Positions 25,400 to 37,587 of a stretch of 64,000 nt of DNA are shown here, in pieces. The notes below the pieces were generated by a model. It saw only the letters and a program-made list of their open reading frames with translations. It had not been told where the DNA came from and made no database searches. The stretch comes from the human T2T-CHM13v2.0 reference genome, Homo sapiens. Each line of letters begins with the position of its first letter. Position 1 is the stretch's first letter. The position numbers were made by a program, and so were the translations under genes. Location of the stretch: NCBI RefSeq assembly GCF_009914755.1, contig NC_060929.1, one strand, 5' to 3'.

Positions 25400-27091
25400 G
25401 GGGCTGATAGGATTCACCCGAGGTGCTTTCTCTGCCTTGGAAACATAGGTATAATCCCATTTGAGGGCAGATCAGAGAGGTAATAGGAGCAGAATGATTT
25501 GCTTTACCCAGTAATGCCTCAGAGTTGTCACAATTAAGCAGCTCAAATAGACAATGTCGGTATGATTTGTATGCTGGTAAGGCAATATCTATTTGAAATA
25601 GTAAACCAATTGACCTCTTCTTCACTTTTAGAGAAACCTTTGAAGATTCTCATAAGACTAGATATAAATTTCAGAATTTTCATTGCTAGTTTGCTGGAAA
25701 ATCCACACAAATTTTTACAGATTGGCAAATATTTTTACAGCTGTGTTGCATTTTGTTTTTTCTTGCAGGTAATAGGTATTTTTCAGCCTACACAATTTAA
25801 TCATGATTAATGTCATGTTCTCCAAAACAAACATATATGGCTTGTAGCAATAAAAAATAATCACTCTTAGTTGACTAAGGAGTGTGGGGACATCTAAATG
25901 TTTGCTAGAAGTTGAGAGTTAATTTCAAGGAGATGCCATCTTTCAAGAGTAACTACCTATTTGGCAAAACTGTTGCCAATAAAATATAATAAGAAGTTCT
26001 GATTCTTTTCATGTTTAGCTCACATATCATGACTATAATTCTGCTTCATAATTCACATTCAATTCTCACTTTACTTGTTATGTATTTAATACAGCTACAT
26101 TGTGCTATAAAAAGAGAATTTGGACAGGATATCTGTTGGTGTTAAACTGCTTGTTTTTGTGTCCCCTCAGTCAGAACCATCCCTGGGGAAATGTTGGCCC
26201 TGGGGAAATCACATGGTGCGCTCTTTTTCCTCTACTTTGGCATTTTCATGCAACAGAAAGGATGTTCAACAGAACAGCAGTGACTCTGGAAAGGGAAAAG
26301 AAATCACAGATGGGCCAAGTGCAGTTTAGGAGGTGTGTGTGGAAGGAGGAGCAGGGCCAAGACAGCCTTTAGCCCATAAGGGACTTTGTTAGAATTAGAA
26401 AAAAAAGTACCACTTCCCCTGGGTGGACACAGCCAACCTCATGCCAGAGTATATGGCTTGGCAAACAGAGTGAACGCTGGACTTCAGCTCCCATTTCCCC
26501 CTTCAGGTGGGCAACTGTCTGCAGTGGTTTGGGTCTGGGCCAAGTTGAAGACTAAACGGAGAGATCAGCTCTTAACAGTACCCACTATTATACCTTGCAC
26601 ATATTAAGTAGTTGGAAGATGATGAGTGAATAATTTAATCACAATTATATTTGAACAGTACTCAATTCTTTGTAGAAGACAATATTCCAGAATGAGCTTA
26701 CAAGCTTAGATTCCAAAGGTTTTCTATTAATATGAAAAAAAGCATTTATGAGCAGTGTGGTCAATTTGTAAAATTTTCCTCTTGAATAAGATGAATGATA
26801 GTCTCAGAGAAAAACAAACAAGAATTTGTGTTATTTAGTCCATTTTCTGATCCATCCAGGTAAATTTGAATATGGGATTATCTACGTTTTTGGGTAAAAT
26901 AAAATGATGTTTCTCTTTATCAAGTCGGTTCAACACACTTTTATGCAACGTCTCCTGAGAGGAGAGTGCTGTGCAAAACCAGAGGCTGATATGATGAGTG
27001 ATGGACCCTTTGCCTTTAGAGAGTTCCTCTACAACTAAGAGAGGGATTGAAATGTATGCTCAAGGGGCAACACAATGGTTTCTTCTTTAGG

Positions 27092-27390
27092 TCCAAGACC
27101 AGCTACATAATTTTTAGGGCTGCAATGCAAAATAGGATGGGTCCTGGCACTGCGCAGAAGTCAATCTCCCCTTCCCACTGGCTGCTGTCCCTATTTTTGG
27201 TGCAAAGATAACCCCCAAGGGATCACAACCTCTGGGCTGGGCCATGCTCAGTTCCTGGATCTAGGGTAGGCAAGAAACACTTTCCCAATCCCTAAACAAA
27301 GCCCAGGACTCTGTCAGCCCAAGGGAGAGACAGACATCCACCTACTTACCCTGAGATGCCATAGGCACCAGTATCTCACTCACAGGTCCC
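27092..27390. mobile_element. MER45-family hAT-Tip100 fragment
   Basis: ccagctacataattt..tgcaaaat terminus; gcagaagtcaatctccccttccca; cccccaagggat..caacctc. Confidence 0.6.
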
Positions 27391-27604
27391 ATTCCAGCGG
27401 AGTCATAACAGATACAATTTTTGAAGTTGGCCTTAAAGATTCATTTCAACAGTTCTAGAAGGAAAAAAAAAAGGCAATATAGGCAGAGATTGCTCCCTGA
27501 GGGAAAAGTATAAATGTGAAAATCCAGTCTTGTGTAAGGATTTCTGGTCAACAGAGGGCTCTGCTGATTCAGGGGTGGCTGGAGATAAGTATAGCATGAC
27601 GTAT

Positions 27605-28830
27605 TTTCATTCAGTAATCATTTATTAAGTGCTGACTAGGTCTCAGGCCATGTGCTAAGTGATGCTGTTATAATGTCAAGAAAAATCAGATGTGTTCTTT
27701 ACCTTCATGAGTCTTATAAGCTCATGGAACAATTAGGGGAGGTTCTTGAATGTCGTTTACATTCAGGGTTTCTCTGCTGACCTGAGAATCCCTCATGCTA
27801 GAAACATTTGTCTTTTGTCAAATGTAGAAGTTGTCAAATATGGGCATCTTTCACCACTGCCATCCCTAAGTTTAAATTATTTCTTTTTCTATATTGCATT
27901 TATTACTATGTATTCCTATCACTCTAATGCTAAAGACTAATACATTTTTAACTTATTTTTTACTCCTTTTCACTGTTTATTGTTAGTAATAGTGAAGACA
28001 GGAATATGTTACTGAGGATGACTTTGCCAGAAGGTCACTTGTAGTTTGGTTGGTTGGAATTCAAAGCATATTATCCACTGTTTAACATCACTCACCAGCC
28101 CCTAGGAACATATTTAGTCCATATGTACCTGCAATAAGTTCTATCGAATATAACTACCACATGAGAGAGTGATTCTAAGGGAAAACCCACTAAAGAAATT
28201 CTGAGAAAATAAAATTTGTGACTTATCAGAAACAGATATTTCCTGGTGTAACATGTAAGAGTTTTTCTGTGGTCATTTCCCACAACATGTCAGGGCTGCT
28301 CTCTAAGGAGAAGAATGGGAGCTAAGATTAACCCTGAGGCTTGGATGTGGAAGGAATGAAGGACAAAAGTACAGATACATGAGACAGTAGAGTTGAGGGC
28401 AGGTCTGGGTTGGCATGGGTGAGGAAGAGGGATATAGTAGTGGGTGACTATGGACAACCAGAAGACAGGGGGTACCTGAATGATAATAGACATGAAGACT
28501 GAGAAATTGAAAAGAGAGGCAGAAATTAGGAGGGAGGGGCCAAGTTGTTATTTCCTAACTTCAGCAGAATTGTGGTAGTGCCAACATTTTGCCCACCTAC
28601 TGAAAGCCATCCTGGAAATTGTCAGGTAATAGGAGCAGAAAAGAACATAAGATTAGTGAGAAAAAAAAATGAGGCTATGTTATGTGGAATATATGATAGA
28701 ATGTATGCTTTACATGGATAGAGAATATGTCTTGTTCATTGCTTACTTCCCAGTGCTTAACCCAGTTCCTTGCACTCTGTAGGGGATAAATATATGTATT
28801 TGTGTATTATATAATTAATAAATAAATGGG
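27605..28830. mobile_element. Cluster of L2 fragments in both orientations
   Basis: Antisense tail ttcattcag..catttattaagtgc (27605), purine-rich antisense body (28260-28620), sense 3' end (28690-28830). Confidence 0.55.
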
Positions 28831-28924
28831 ACGAGCTTTATAAGTGGAAGTGGAGTTTTAAAAAGTCAAATCCATGGGCTGTTTGCAGCTGATTAAGCTA
28901 CTCTGATGGTTATAAGTTAAGATT

Positions 28925-29125
28925 CTAGAAGAGTGTGGTTGTTTTGAATTCAGGTGCCAACTGTCACCATCTCTGTAACAATGGGCAAGTTTTGGTGTCG
29001 GTTTCTTCTTTCATGAAATGTGGGCAATTATAGTATTTGCTTCATGGGATAATTGTGAAGATAGGATGAGATAATGCAAAGCATTTTGTGCCTAGCACAT
29101 AGTGAGTGCTCAGTACATTGTAGGT
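28925..29125 (+). mobile_element. MIR SINE
   Basis: tttgaattcagg..gggcaagtt..ttgtgaagat..atgagataatgca..cctagcacatagtgagtgctcagta. Confidence 0.8.
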
Positions 29126-30723
29126 GTGGTGATGAGGATGGTGACAACTTTGCTATTGAGAGCAGTTCCCAGCTCTACAGAGAGGTTTCAAGTTTTCCGA
29201 AGATAAGACCACACTCTGCCCTTGCCAAATCTGAGGCAAGAAGAGAGTGATCTCTCTGAGAATCTTCTTTAGCCATCTTGGAAGGCTGTGTGTGGCCCCG
29301 AGTCTGGCAGGGACAGAGCTGAGCAGAGCTGTTCACAGCAAATCTGCGATGATGATCTTCTCATCTGTCTTCTAAGCTGTAGGCGGCTCCTTCTTTGGGA
29401 AGCAAGTTATAATCAGAACTTGGAACAAGCTACCCTCCAAACAATGCTCTCATTGCCTTTTCTGCCATTTAATTAATGCCAGTCTAATTTTATAGAAAGT
29501 ATATAAATATGATTTATGCATATTTGTACCTATATTTTTCTGTGAGGTTTCCATGAGGTACATAGCCATGTAAATCATATCCTTCTGATAAATACCTCTG
29601 GCCTGAATACTTAATGTTATTTTTTATAGCCACATTTGGGTAATTTAGCAAATAGAGGGATGGATATGCTTAACCTAACCTTCAAGTTCTCAATGACTAG
29701 AACTAAGAGGTGAACCTCTTATTTTTTTCAGTTATATTTTGCTGGGGGATTTAGGTAGATTTCAGCTGATAGCATTCAAGATCCGTTTTGCTAATGCTTT
29801 CTTTCCAGTTCTTGTCAATCTAACTCAAGAAACAGACAGCAGTCTATGGGTTGCCACTTGAAGGTTATGAGGACATGATCCATACATTCTGTTTTTAGCT
29901 TCACTTCTAGTGAATATAAAATCAAGTCAGGCCATGATTTAAATGGCCTCAAATCCTGAGTAAGTTTCCTTACAATTTCTGCAAGTTTTAGCAAGGACCA
30001 GTTGGGTGTAGTGGAGTGACTTTGCTGAACTTCCCTTGCACTGTATCTGTAAGCATGGATATCAAAGAGCAGATTTCATTAGAAGTAACTTTGGAGAATT
30101 GGGAGAAATGTCTTTTCTTTTTACCAAACATGGATTTTAAAAATTACACAGAGATAAGCATTGTCAAGTCTCACGAAGTGCAATCATAAGCAGAAGGCTT
30201 GAAACCTGTTTTTGCCTAAACCTTTATTGGATTTAGTAAAAAACAACAGTAATAAATTGTATTCAAAAGCACTTTGATCCCTTTGCAATAGTATTATTAC
30301 AAAAGCAGGGTCTACAAAACATTTCCCCTTTTTTCATTTGGGTCAGTTTTCCATAGGCTTCCCAAATCATCTAAGTCTGTGTTGATAATTCCAGAGACAA
30401 AGGGTTGTTCAGGCTGTAGTGCCTGACACTTGAAACTTGGTATTGTTAGACAATGATTGTAGCACTAATCTTGCATTTATTTTCTTGAAATTTTCTGTGG
30501 GAATAACAGAATCCAAAAGATGAAAATGCAAAAATGTGTCATTAAAACACTTAATACAAACATACCTATTCTATTTTCCTCCTAAAATTTTCAGATTTAT
30601 TTAATCTTTTCACTTTATTCTTTGTTTCCCCAAAATAATATTTTAATGTTTGAAATGCTAGTAGTCAGTATCTACAATTGATACTCCATAGGGATGTAAA
30701 CAGTAATAACACGGCAGTAAGTT

Positions 30724-30803
30724 GAGGGATACATCTTTGGCTAAAACTTTAGCCAAAGATGTATATATCTTTGGCTAAAAGAGGGATATATCTTTGGCTA
30801 AAA
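30724..30803. repeat. Direct/inverted/direct/direct micro-repeat of a ~23-bp unit with a perfect 17-bp hairpin
   Basis: gagggatacatctttggctaaaa c tttagccaaagatgtat atatctttggctaaaa gagggatatatctttggctaaaa. Confidence 0.97.
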
Positions 30804-31029
30804 GAATAATTCTTGAATGGCTATAACTGCATTTGATTTTTTTCTGATGTTACCCTGTCACATAAAATCTAGTACCTCATTGATTCTTCCTCATCCTTTT
30901 GCCAAATTATTGCCCCAGAATAGAAGATTTTAAATATTCTCCAAATTCTTTATTTAACAAATATATAATCATATTTGTGATCTACATGACATAGGATGCA
31001 TGCAAGTTATAAAGCTGTAATTTTGCTTT

Positions 31030-31203
31030 TATTTTTCAACAACCCCTCAAGAAGTCAAGGCAAATAGAAGAGTCTATTTTAAATGTGACGACATTGAGGT
31101 GTAGAAGGTTAAATGGCTGACTTGCTTAGATGGTCTGTGACATGGCAGCTAGAGGGAGTCAGGTCTCCTGATCCCTATGTACAAGATTGTCTTTACTACC
31201 CTG
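31030..31203 (-). mobile_element. MIR SINE
   Basis: tcaacaacccc..attttaaatgtgacgacattgagg..ggttaaatggc..caggtctcctga. Confidence 0.65.
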
Positions 31204-33104
31204 TACAAAATGTTAATTGTCAGACAGACCTCTAAGAGGTAGAGGGTTGGCCAATTCTGTGATGAAACAGCTATAGGGAGCAAAGGATACTCATTCTTTG
31301 AAGTTTATTATGGCATTCCTGGACATCTAGCTCCCTGGATGCTTCCCTGAATTAGTCTTAAGGTGTAATGGTGATTTCAGGCATGCTAGAATATAGCATC
31401 GGAGACCTGGGGAGGTCCAGGTAGTGGACTGGAATAGCTGCAGCTATTAAATATCTAGGTCATCCTTTATATAGGGTTGTAATGTACACTCTAGCTTCTG
31501 ACTTCAGTGCTGATAGAAAGAGGAAAAAAATCCATCCTGGTAAAATGTAGTCAGACAGCAGTTTGTCTTTCCAAAACATTATTAGGTATTATTACAGAAT
31601 GTGAACACCTTTCATTCCTGACAAACAGGAAATGTATGCTGCACTACTGGTATGTCAATCAGAGTGATAGCATCAATTTTATGGTTTTTAATTCATCCCC
31701 ACCTCCTGCCGAGCCTTTTGCTCATCCCAAATTATGAATCTTAAAAGGTGCATGATTAAGAAGAAAAAAAAAATATGTCTCTGCCTGTGTGAACTCCTAT
31801 GTGAAGAGCATGGAGCCAGATGTTTAAGAGATTTGTAAAGCAGGTGCTGACCACTCAGTGACTGGACAAGCAACTTACTTTTCCTGAAGCTGGGAGTGCC
31901 CCTGCATGCTTTCACTGTGGTACTTCACTAGTAGCTCAAGCAGATCTTTTTTAATATGCATTGCCACCTTTGAATTTGTAAGGAACGGAAAGAAGATAAT
32001 GTATTTTAAATGCTATATTTGTCATTCCATGATGCTTCAGAATTACGTTTTCAATTTAAGTTTTGAGTGTCTATTTCTTTAGCTGTGATGTTTTGTTGCT
32101 TTTTGATATATTAAATAAATACAAAGCCAATCCTGGAGCCTAGCTTTGAATGAATCAGAGCAACGTCTCTCACAATTCTTTTCTTTCTACCCCTTAATTC
32201 TTTTCTTCAACACATAATGAAAATAAAGAGCATTGTCAGTTCGGTATAAAGTAAGACTGTTTAAAAATAAATAACGTGTGTTTATGTGGTGTGCGCACAC
32301 ACATACACACACAATCTACTTCATAACAGGGGGTTTGGGAGCCTGGGGTGTCTGAATCTGTCCTCCCATGCTCCTCTCTTGTTTCTGGTGAGGAGCCATT
32401 TTTCTTGTTTTTCTATGCAGCTCCACCTGGACTCCATTTGCTGCCACAAACTCTGCAAATATCACACACTTATTTAAGATTTAGGAATGTGATCTGATAG
32501 TTACTGATTGGAAGGTGAAGCAATAATTAACAGTTGGTCAAGGTCAATTTTCTCTCCTGATGCTGACTCCTAAGAGAATATTTCATCGTTGACAGACAAT
32601 TCTCTATTTGCTGATAGCACATGATGACATATTTCATGGATCTTTAATAAGAACGCTCACTGTGTGGTGGCCTCCATGTTTAAATCACGCTTGGCCATGT
32701 CAGCCTTAACCTTAACATTTTTAATGCTTGAGTGTTCCGGCAAGAGTACATGGAGGCTTCAAGTAACTCACATGGCATTTTCTTGTACAGAATTTCTTAT
32801 TCTACTTTTACCACAACTTCTTTATGATTCATAATTAAAGTATGCTGGTTCTCTTCCATGCAAGACAGCAAATATAAAAAAGAAGCAAGAACACTTCTTT
32901 TTCTGGTGGGGCACCAGCATAAAATATTAAGTTTTGAGGGTGATGATAACTAAGTATGTACAAATGTGGTTATTGCAGTAAGGCCTGCCTTATTGGGAGG
33001 CAATGCCCCAAAGAAAAGCTGCCTTTTCCATTTGAGAAGACAGAAGAGATCAAGGATCCTATCAAAGGAGTCTCCTATGAGGGCTTGGTCACACTCTTCA
33101 TATA

Positions 33105-33320
33105 TGCAGTGTTAGCACTTCCAAAGTGAATTTACATATTCTATCTCATTTGATTCCTCAGTTAGGTATTCTGCAACTGTATTATGGGCGAGAGAGCTGA
33201 AGCTTACAGATGTTAAACAGCTTGCTTAAGGTCACGTAGATGGTAAGTGTTGCAGCTGGATTTTGAACCCATGTTTCCTGACTCCAAATTTAATACTTTT
33301 TGTTCTATCCTATAGTTGCT
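33105..33320 (-). mobile_element. MIR SINE
   Basis: tatctcatttgattcctca..cttgcttaaggtcac..gctggattttgaaccca..ctgactccaaa. Confidence 0.8.
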
Positions 33321-33575
33321 AACTGTTAGTACAACTTATTTGGCACTTTTTGTGTTTAAATTCCCATTAAATTATTTTATTATGGATTCCTCAATAACAC
33401 TGACATGTTCTATAACAGGGATTTGCACATGGTGCACACAAAATGAGTACTTTTGATTAACTAATGGATTAGCCGGTTTTCTTCATTCTCCCTTCATGTG
33501 GTATAGCATTTAATAATATCACAAATGTTTACAGTCATTACAAGGACTTGTTAGATTTTGAGAACATAAGGTAGT

Positions 33576-33979
33576 TGTTATGAACTAAAAGTTTTGTCCC
33601 TCAGAATTCATGTGTTGAAGGCCTAACCCCCAGTGTGGCTGTATTTAAAAATGAGACCTCTAAGGATGTAAATTAAGGCTAAATGTGGTCATAAAGGTGG
33701 GCTCTGATTTGACAGGATTAGTGTCTTTATAAGAGGAACGATCAGAGAGTGGTATCTCCCCCCACTCTCCACCATACACGCATAGTAAAAAAAAAAAAAA
33801 GCCATATGATGACATATGAAGCCATGGAGACAAGAAAGACTTCTACAAGCCAGGAAGCGAATCATCTAGAACCTTGAACATAGCCGCCTAACCTCCAGAA
33901 CTGTGAGAAAATAAATTTCTGTTGTTGAAGCCATCCAGGCTGTTGTATTTTGTTATGGCTCCCTTAGCAAACTAATAAA
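33576..33979 (+). mobile_element. MLT1A-type MaLR solo LTR
   Basis: tgttatgaact..aattcatgtgttgaag..ctaacccccagtgtg..cctccagaactgtgagaaaataaatttctgttgtt..gcaaactaata. Confidence 0.9.
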
Positions 33980-34515
33980 GTGATTAAAGCCACACTTCAT
34001 TCAAGCAGCTTGTTTTCCTGTGGAGTGACCGGAGAATAGCCCTGGAGTTATAGGTGAGTTGAATGTATACTCTTGTGCTTTGTCCTTTTAGAATTAAATA
34101 TCAGGGTTATCATTCCATTGGGGTGAAAATACCCTCAAAGTCAAAACAGCAAAGTTAATGTTGTTCAAAACACTCTATACTTTATAGAATTGCATATAGT
34201 AGTACCTGAGTCTGCATGGTCCTGGGGTAAAAGTGAGAATGATGGCAGAAAGCACTTCAAAGAGATGAATCTGTGTCTTGAATGAATAGTAGTTTTCCAG
34301 AAAAGTGGAAGGAAGTGCATATTCCTCAGAGAGAACAGTTATGTAACAGTTGTATAAGTGAACATGCTAGAACCCTAGATTCTGGAGACTTCAACTTGTT
34401 ACGGCCAGAGCTCAGGATGTACATAGAGGAGCTGTAGAAGATAAGGTTGAAAAGACAAGAGCCAGTTTTCTAAAAATCACTGTGTGTTATGTTTAAAAGT
34501 CAGACTTTGTAACCT

Positions 34516-34685
34516 GGTGGAGGACTAGGGGAGGGATAGCATTAGGAGAAATACTTAAGGTAGATGACGGGTTGATGGGTGCAGCAAACCACCTTGGCAC
34601 GTGTATACTTATGTAACAAGCCTGCACATTCTGCACATGTATTCCAGATCTTAAAGTATAATTTTAAAAAAAGAAAAGAAAAGAA
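34516..34685 (+). mobile_element. L1PA (approx. PA6-PA8) 3' end with A-rich tail
   Basis: ggagggatagcattaggagaaatac..gggttgatgggtgcagcaaaccacc..cttaaagtata, followed by an A tail. Degenerate TSD ttgtaaYctg. Confidence 0.93.
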
Positions 34686-37534
34686 TTGTAATCTGAATAG
34701 TTATACAATCAAGTTTTCAGTTCAGAAGGTTACTCCCAATGCACCGTGGAGATTGTATTGAAACCTGGTCTTGGGGTTAGGGCTTGGGATGGAATTTCAG
34801 GGAATAATGCTGGATCATAAATTCTCTGTGGATGGTAACAGAACCTTTGTCTTTGACATTACCTTCTTAGCTAAAAACTCAGTTCAAATATTCAGCCACT
34901 TCAGAATTCAAGTAACACTTCCTTCTTTTAGCTATGACATTTAAATAGCTCTTATTTCTGGGATAAAAGTGACTTTTGTTCTTGTGGATGCCACACATCA
35001 TGGATGATACCCATGCTGTGGATCTCATCAAAACTTGAGTGGCCCCAAATGAGTGAGCTGGTGGCCTGGTGAGAAATCCAGCATTCTCGACTTCTTCTTT
35101 TTAACACTCTTAAGTTTCATTTTTATGAGGTGCCACATTTTGCTATGCTTTTAGCTGGACCTGCTTGAAATTTCTTAATCTGATGTTTCAGGGAGCAGTA
35201 AAAATAATAAGTAAACATGTTCCCCGAGCAATTAATAATGCAAGCCCTGAGCCCAACAGGATTCATCAAATACATAAACTTATCCTCTCCTGGTCAAGAT
35301 GCTTTAGACTGGAAGTAGTTGAAATATGGGAGGAAGCTCATGCTTTTGTGGTGTGAATTAGATTCTGTGTGTATCTGTGTGCGCTTAGTGCATTTTTAAA
35401 CTATTGTAAAAACACTATTCTTAGACTCGCCTGAGAGTAACTCACTTGTGGAAAAGGTGGGCAATTCTGTTTTGTGATTACTATGCCTTCCCCCTAGGTC
35501 ATCTGCTCATCTTTCTTCTTCAAACAAATTAAAATATTAGTCCACTAGAGAAGGACTGTTCTCACTTTTATATGTCACACAGAATGTTTAGAGCTGACTT
35601 TACCTGTTAGTGCCAACAGCAGTGATGATGTGGTTATCATGACACCTGCAAATGCCTCTCTTCCTGTGTACTTATTATCAATCTGGGAATGTCGTCACTC
35701 CAGTCACCCCAGAATGCTTCCTTATGACTGCATTCTTACTGGCTGTAAGTAACTTTTTTACTCAACAAGGAACGGGCCAGATGGCATGCAGATATATGCT
35801 TGAGACTGGGTGAGTCTCATTTGTTCTCTATTTCTTGTTACTTACTGTCACTCCTTGGCTAACCACACATAAGGAACTCACCCTGTGGGCTGCTTTTTGC
35901 TGTGCATATCTAACGCGATTATAGTAATGTGCTTTTTATTAATGTTTTTGTTATTATGGGTTTCTTTTTGTCGAAGTTGTTTCAATCTGCCTCATAACTT
36001 TGTAAGGTGAAATACAAATAAATTTGATGGTGCAAACAGGTCAGCCAGTATACTAACATATAAATACAATGAATGTTGTCCCCTTCTAATTAATAATCTT
36101 GAACTTATTCCAACAATGATGTTACAACTGGAAAATAATTTTATTTAGGAAATTCTCTTTGAAAAATGATTTTAGAGCCTTTTCCTACCAATCAAAGCAA
36201 ATGATCATTCTCTGAGGGTTGGTTTGATCTTCTATTAAAAAATTCATTGAACAAATAATTATTAGGTGTATAATCAGTGGCAGGCAGTATACCAGGAGCA
36301 AGGAGTAAGACAGACATGGTTTCTGCCTTCAAAGACATTTAAGATAAAATCTGAGATGAATGTCTGAGCCCTGGATAATACCTTTATTGATAAAAACGAG
36401 ATGTGACTATACAGTGACAATCTGAACTGCCTCAAATGACAATTTTAAAGAAGAGATTTAAAACATTTTGAGTAATGGCAGCATCTCAGGAGTAACTCAC
36501 ACAAACTACTCAGAAGACGAATAGTCATTTTTTAAATGCATACAGTATGGTGTATAGAGTTTATAAAACATTTTTATATACATTGTATTACTCTCTTGCC
36601 ACAAGAATCATGGATTATCAACCAGGTTTGAGTACTAATTTTCTTCACGGTAAAGTGAATGATCTCTAGGAGACTTCAAAGCCTGAAATTCTGTGATATT
36701 TATGTTGCTAATTTTATGCATTTACACGATATTGTGAGTTCATTATTTTAGAATAGTTCCCTGTGTTCTATCTGACTGAGGACCATCCTAGCAGAGATGA
36801 GCGCCCAATAACTTCTCCTGGGGGTGGTGGGTGCTGGCAGGAGGCCTCGGGCATGGAAACTCGACAAGGAATGAACTAGACTCACTCTCAGTAACGGGGT
36901 CAGGAGCAAAGGGTAAATGAAGGTAAAGTTTGAGGTGAGCGAGCTCCCCGGGGTGTGAGGGAGGTTCTAAAATATCAAGTTCAAAGGATCAGGCAGAGCA
37001 AGAATTAGACTCAAAGAAAAATGCTGGCTAGACAGATTAAAGAGGTTGAGGAGGCAGAACCTAGAAAGGCTACCCTGAAGAAACAATATTTCTTTGTATG
37101 GGATGATAGAGGTAAAGCCCAAGAACCATTAGAGTGAAAAACCGAAAGAAGAAAATCATTTTAAAAAAGATAGCTTTCCCTGCCTTAATCCCATCAGTGG
37201 TTAAACAATGAAAATAAAGAGAAAATGCAGCCCTACTCTAAAACTTCACCTCCTCCGCTTTCCCAACCAACAGCCCACTCTTTGAGAAAACAGAGTGTTC
37301 ATCAAATAGAAAAACATCTTGATGATTGCCAGATAGAAAAACAAATATTTAGGGATTGAATTTGAGATTTTTCTTTATATTTCACTCAACATCTTGAGAC
37401 CTTCTTTGTCCATATCAAAAGTAAGTTTCTAAGTCCAATTATTAAGTAGATCTAAAAATCTCTCTTCTGTTGAGATGTATACAGTTAGTAAAGATTCCCA
37501 GGAAGTTTGTACTGAGACTTTGGCGCGCACGCCA

Positions 37535-37541
37535 GCATGCG

Positions 37542-37583
<42 letters not shown>
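37535..37583. repeat. gcat(GC)6(AC)16 alternating purine-pyrimidine microsatellite
   Basis: (GC)6 at 37539-37550 and (AC)16 at 37551-37582. Confidence 0.97.

Positions 37584-37587
<4 letters not shown>

Noticed and set aside
30724-30803. CRISPR-like repeat array
   Set aside because: No spacers, mixed orientation, eukaryotic context and no cas genes.
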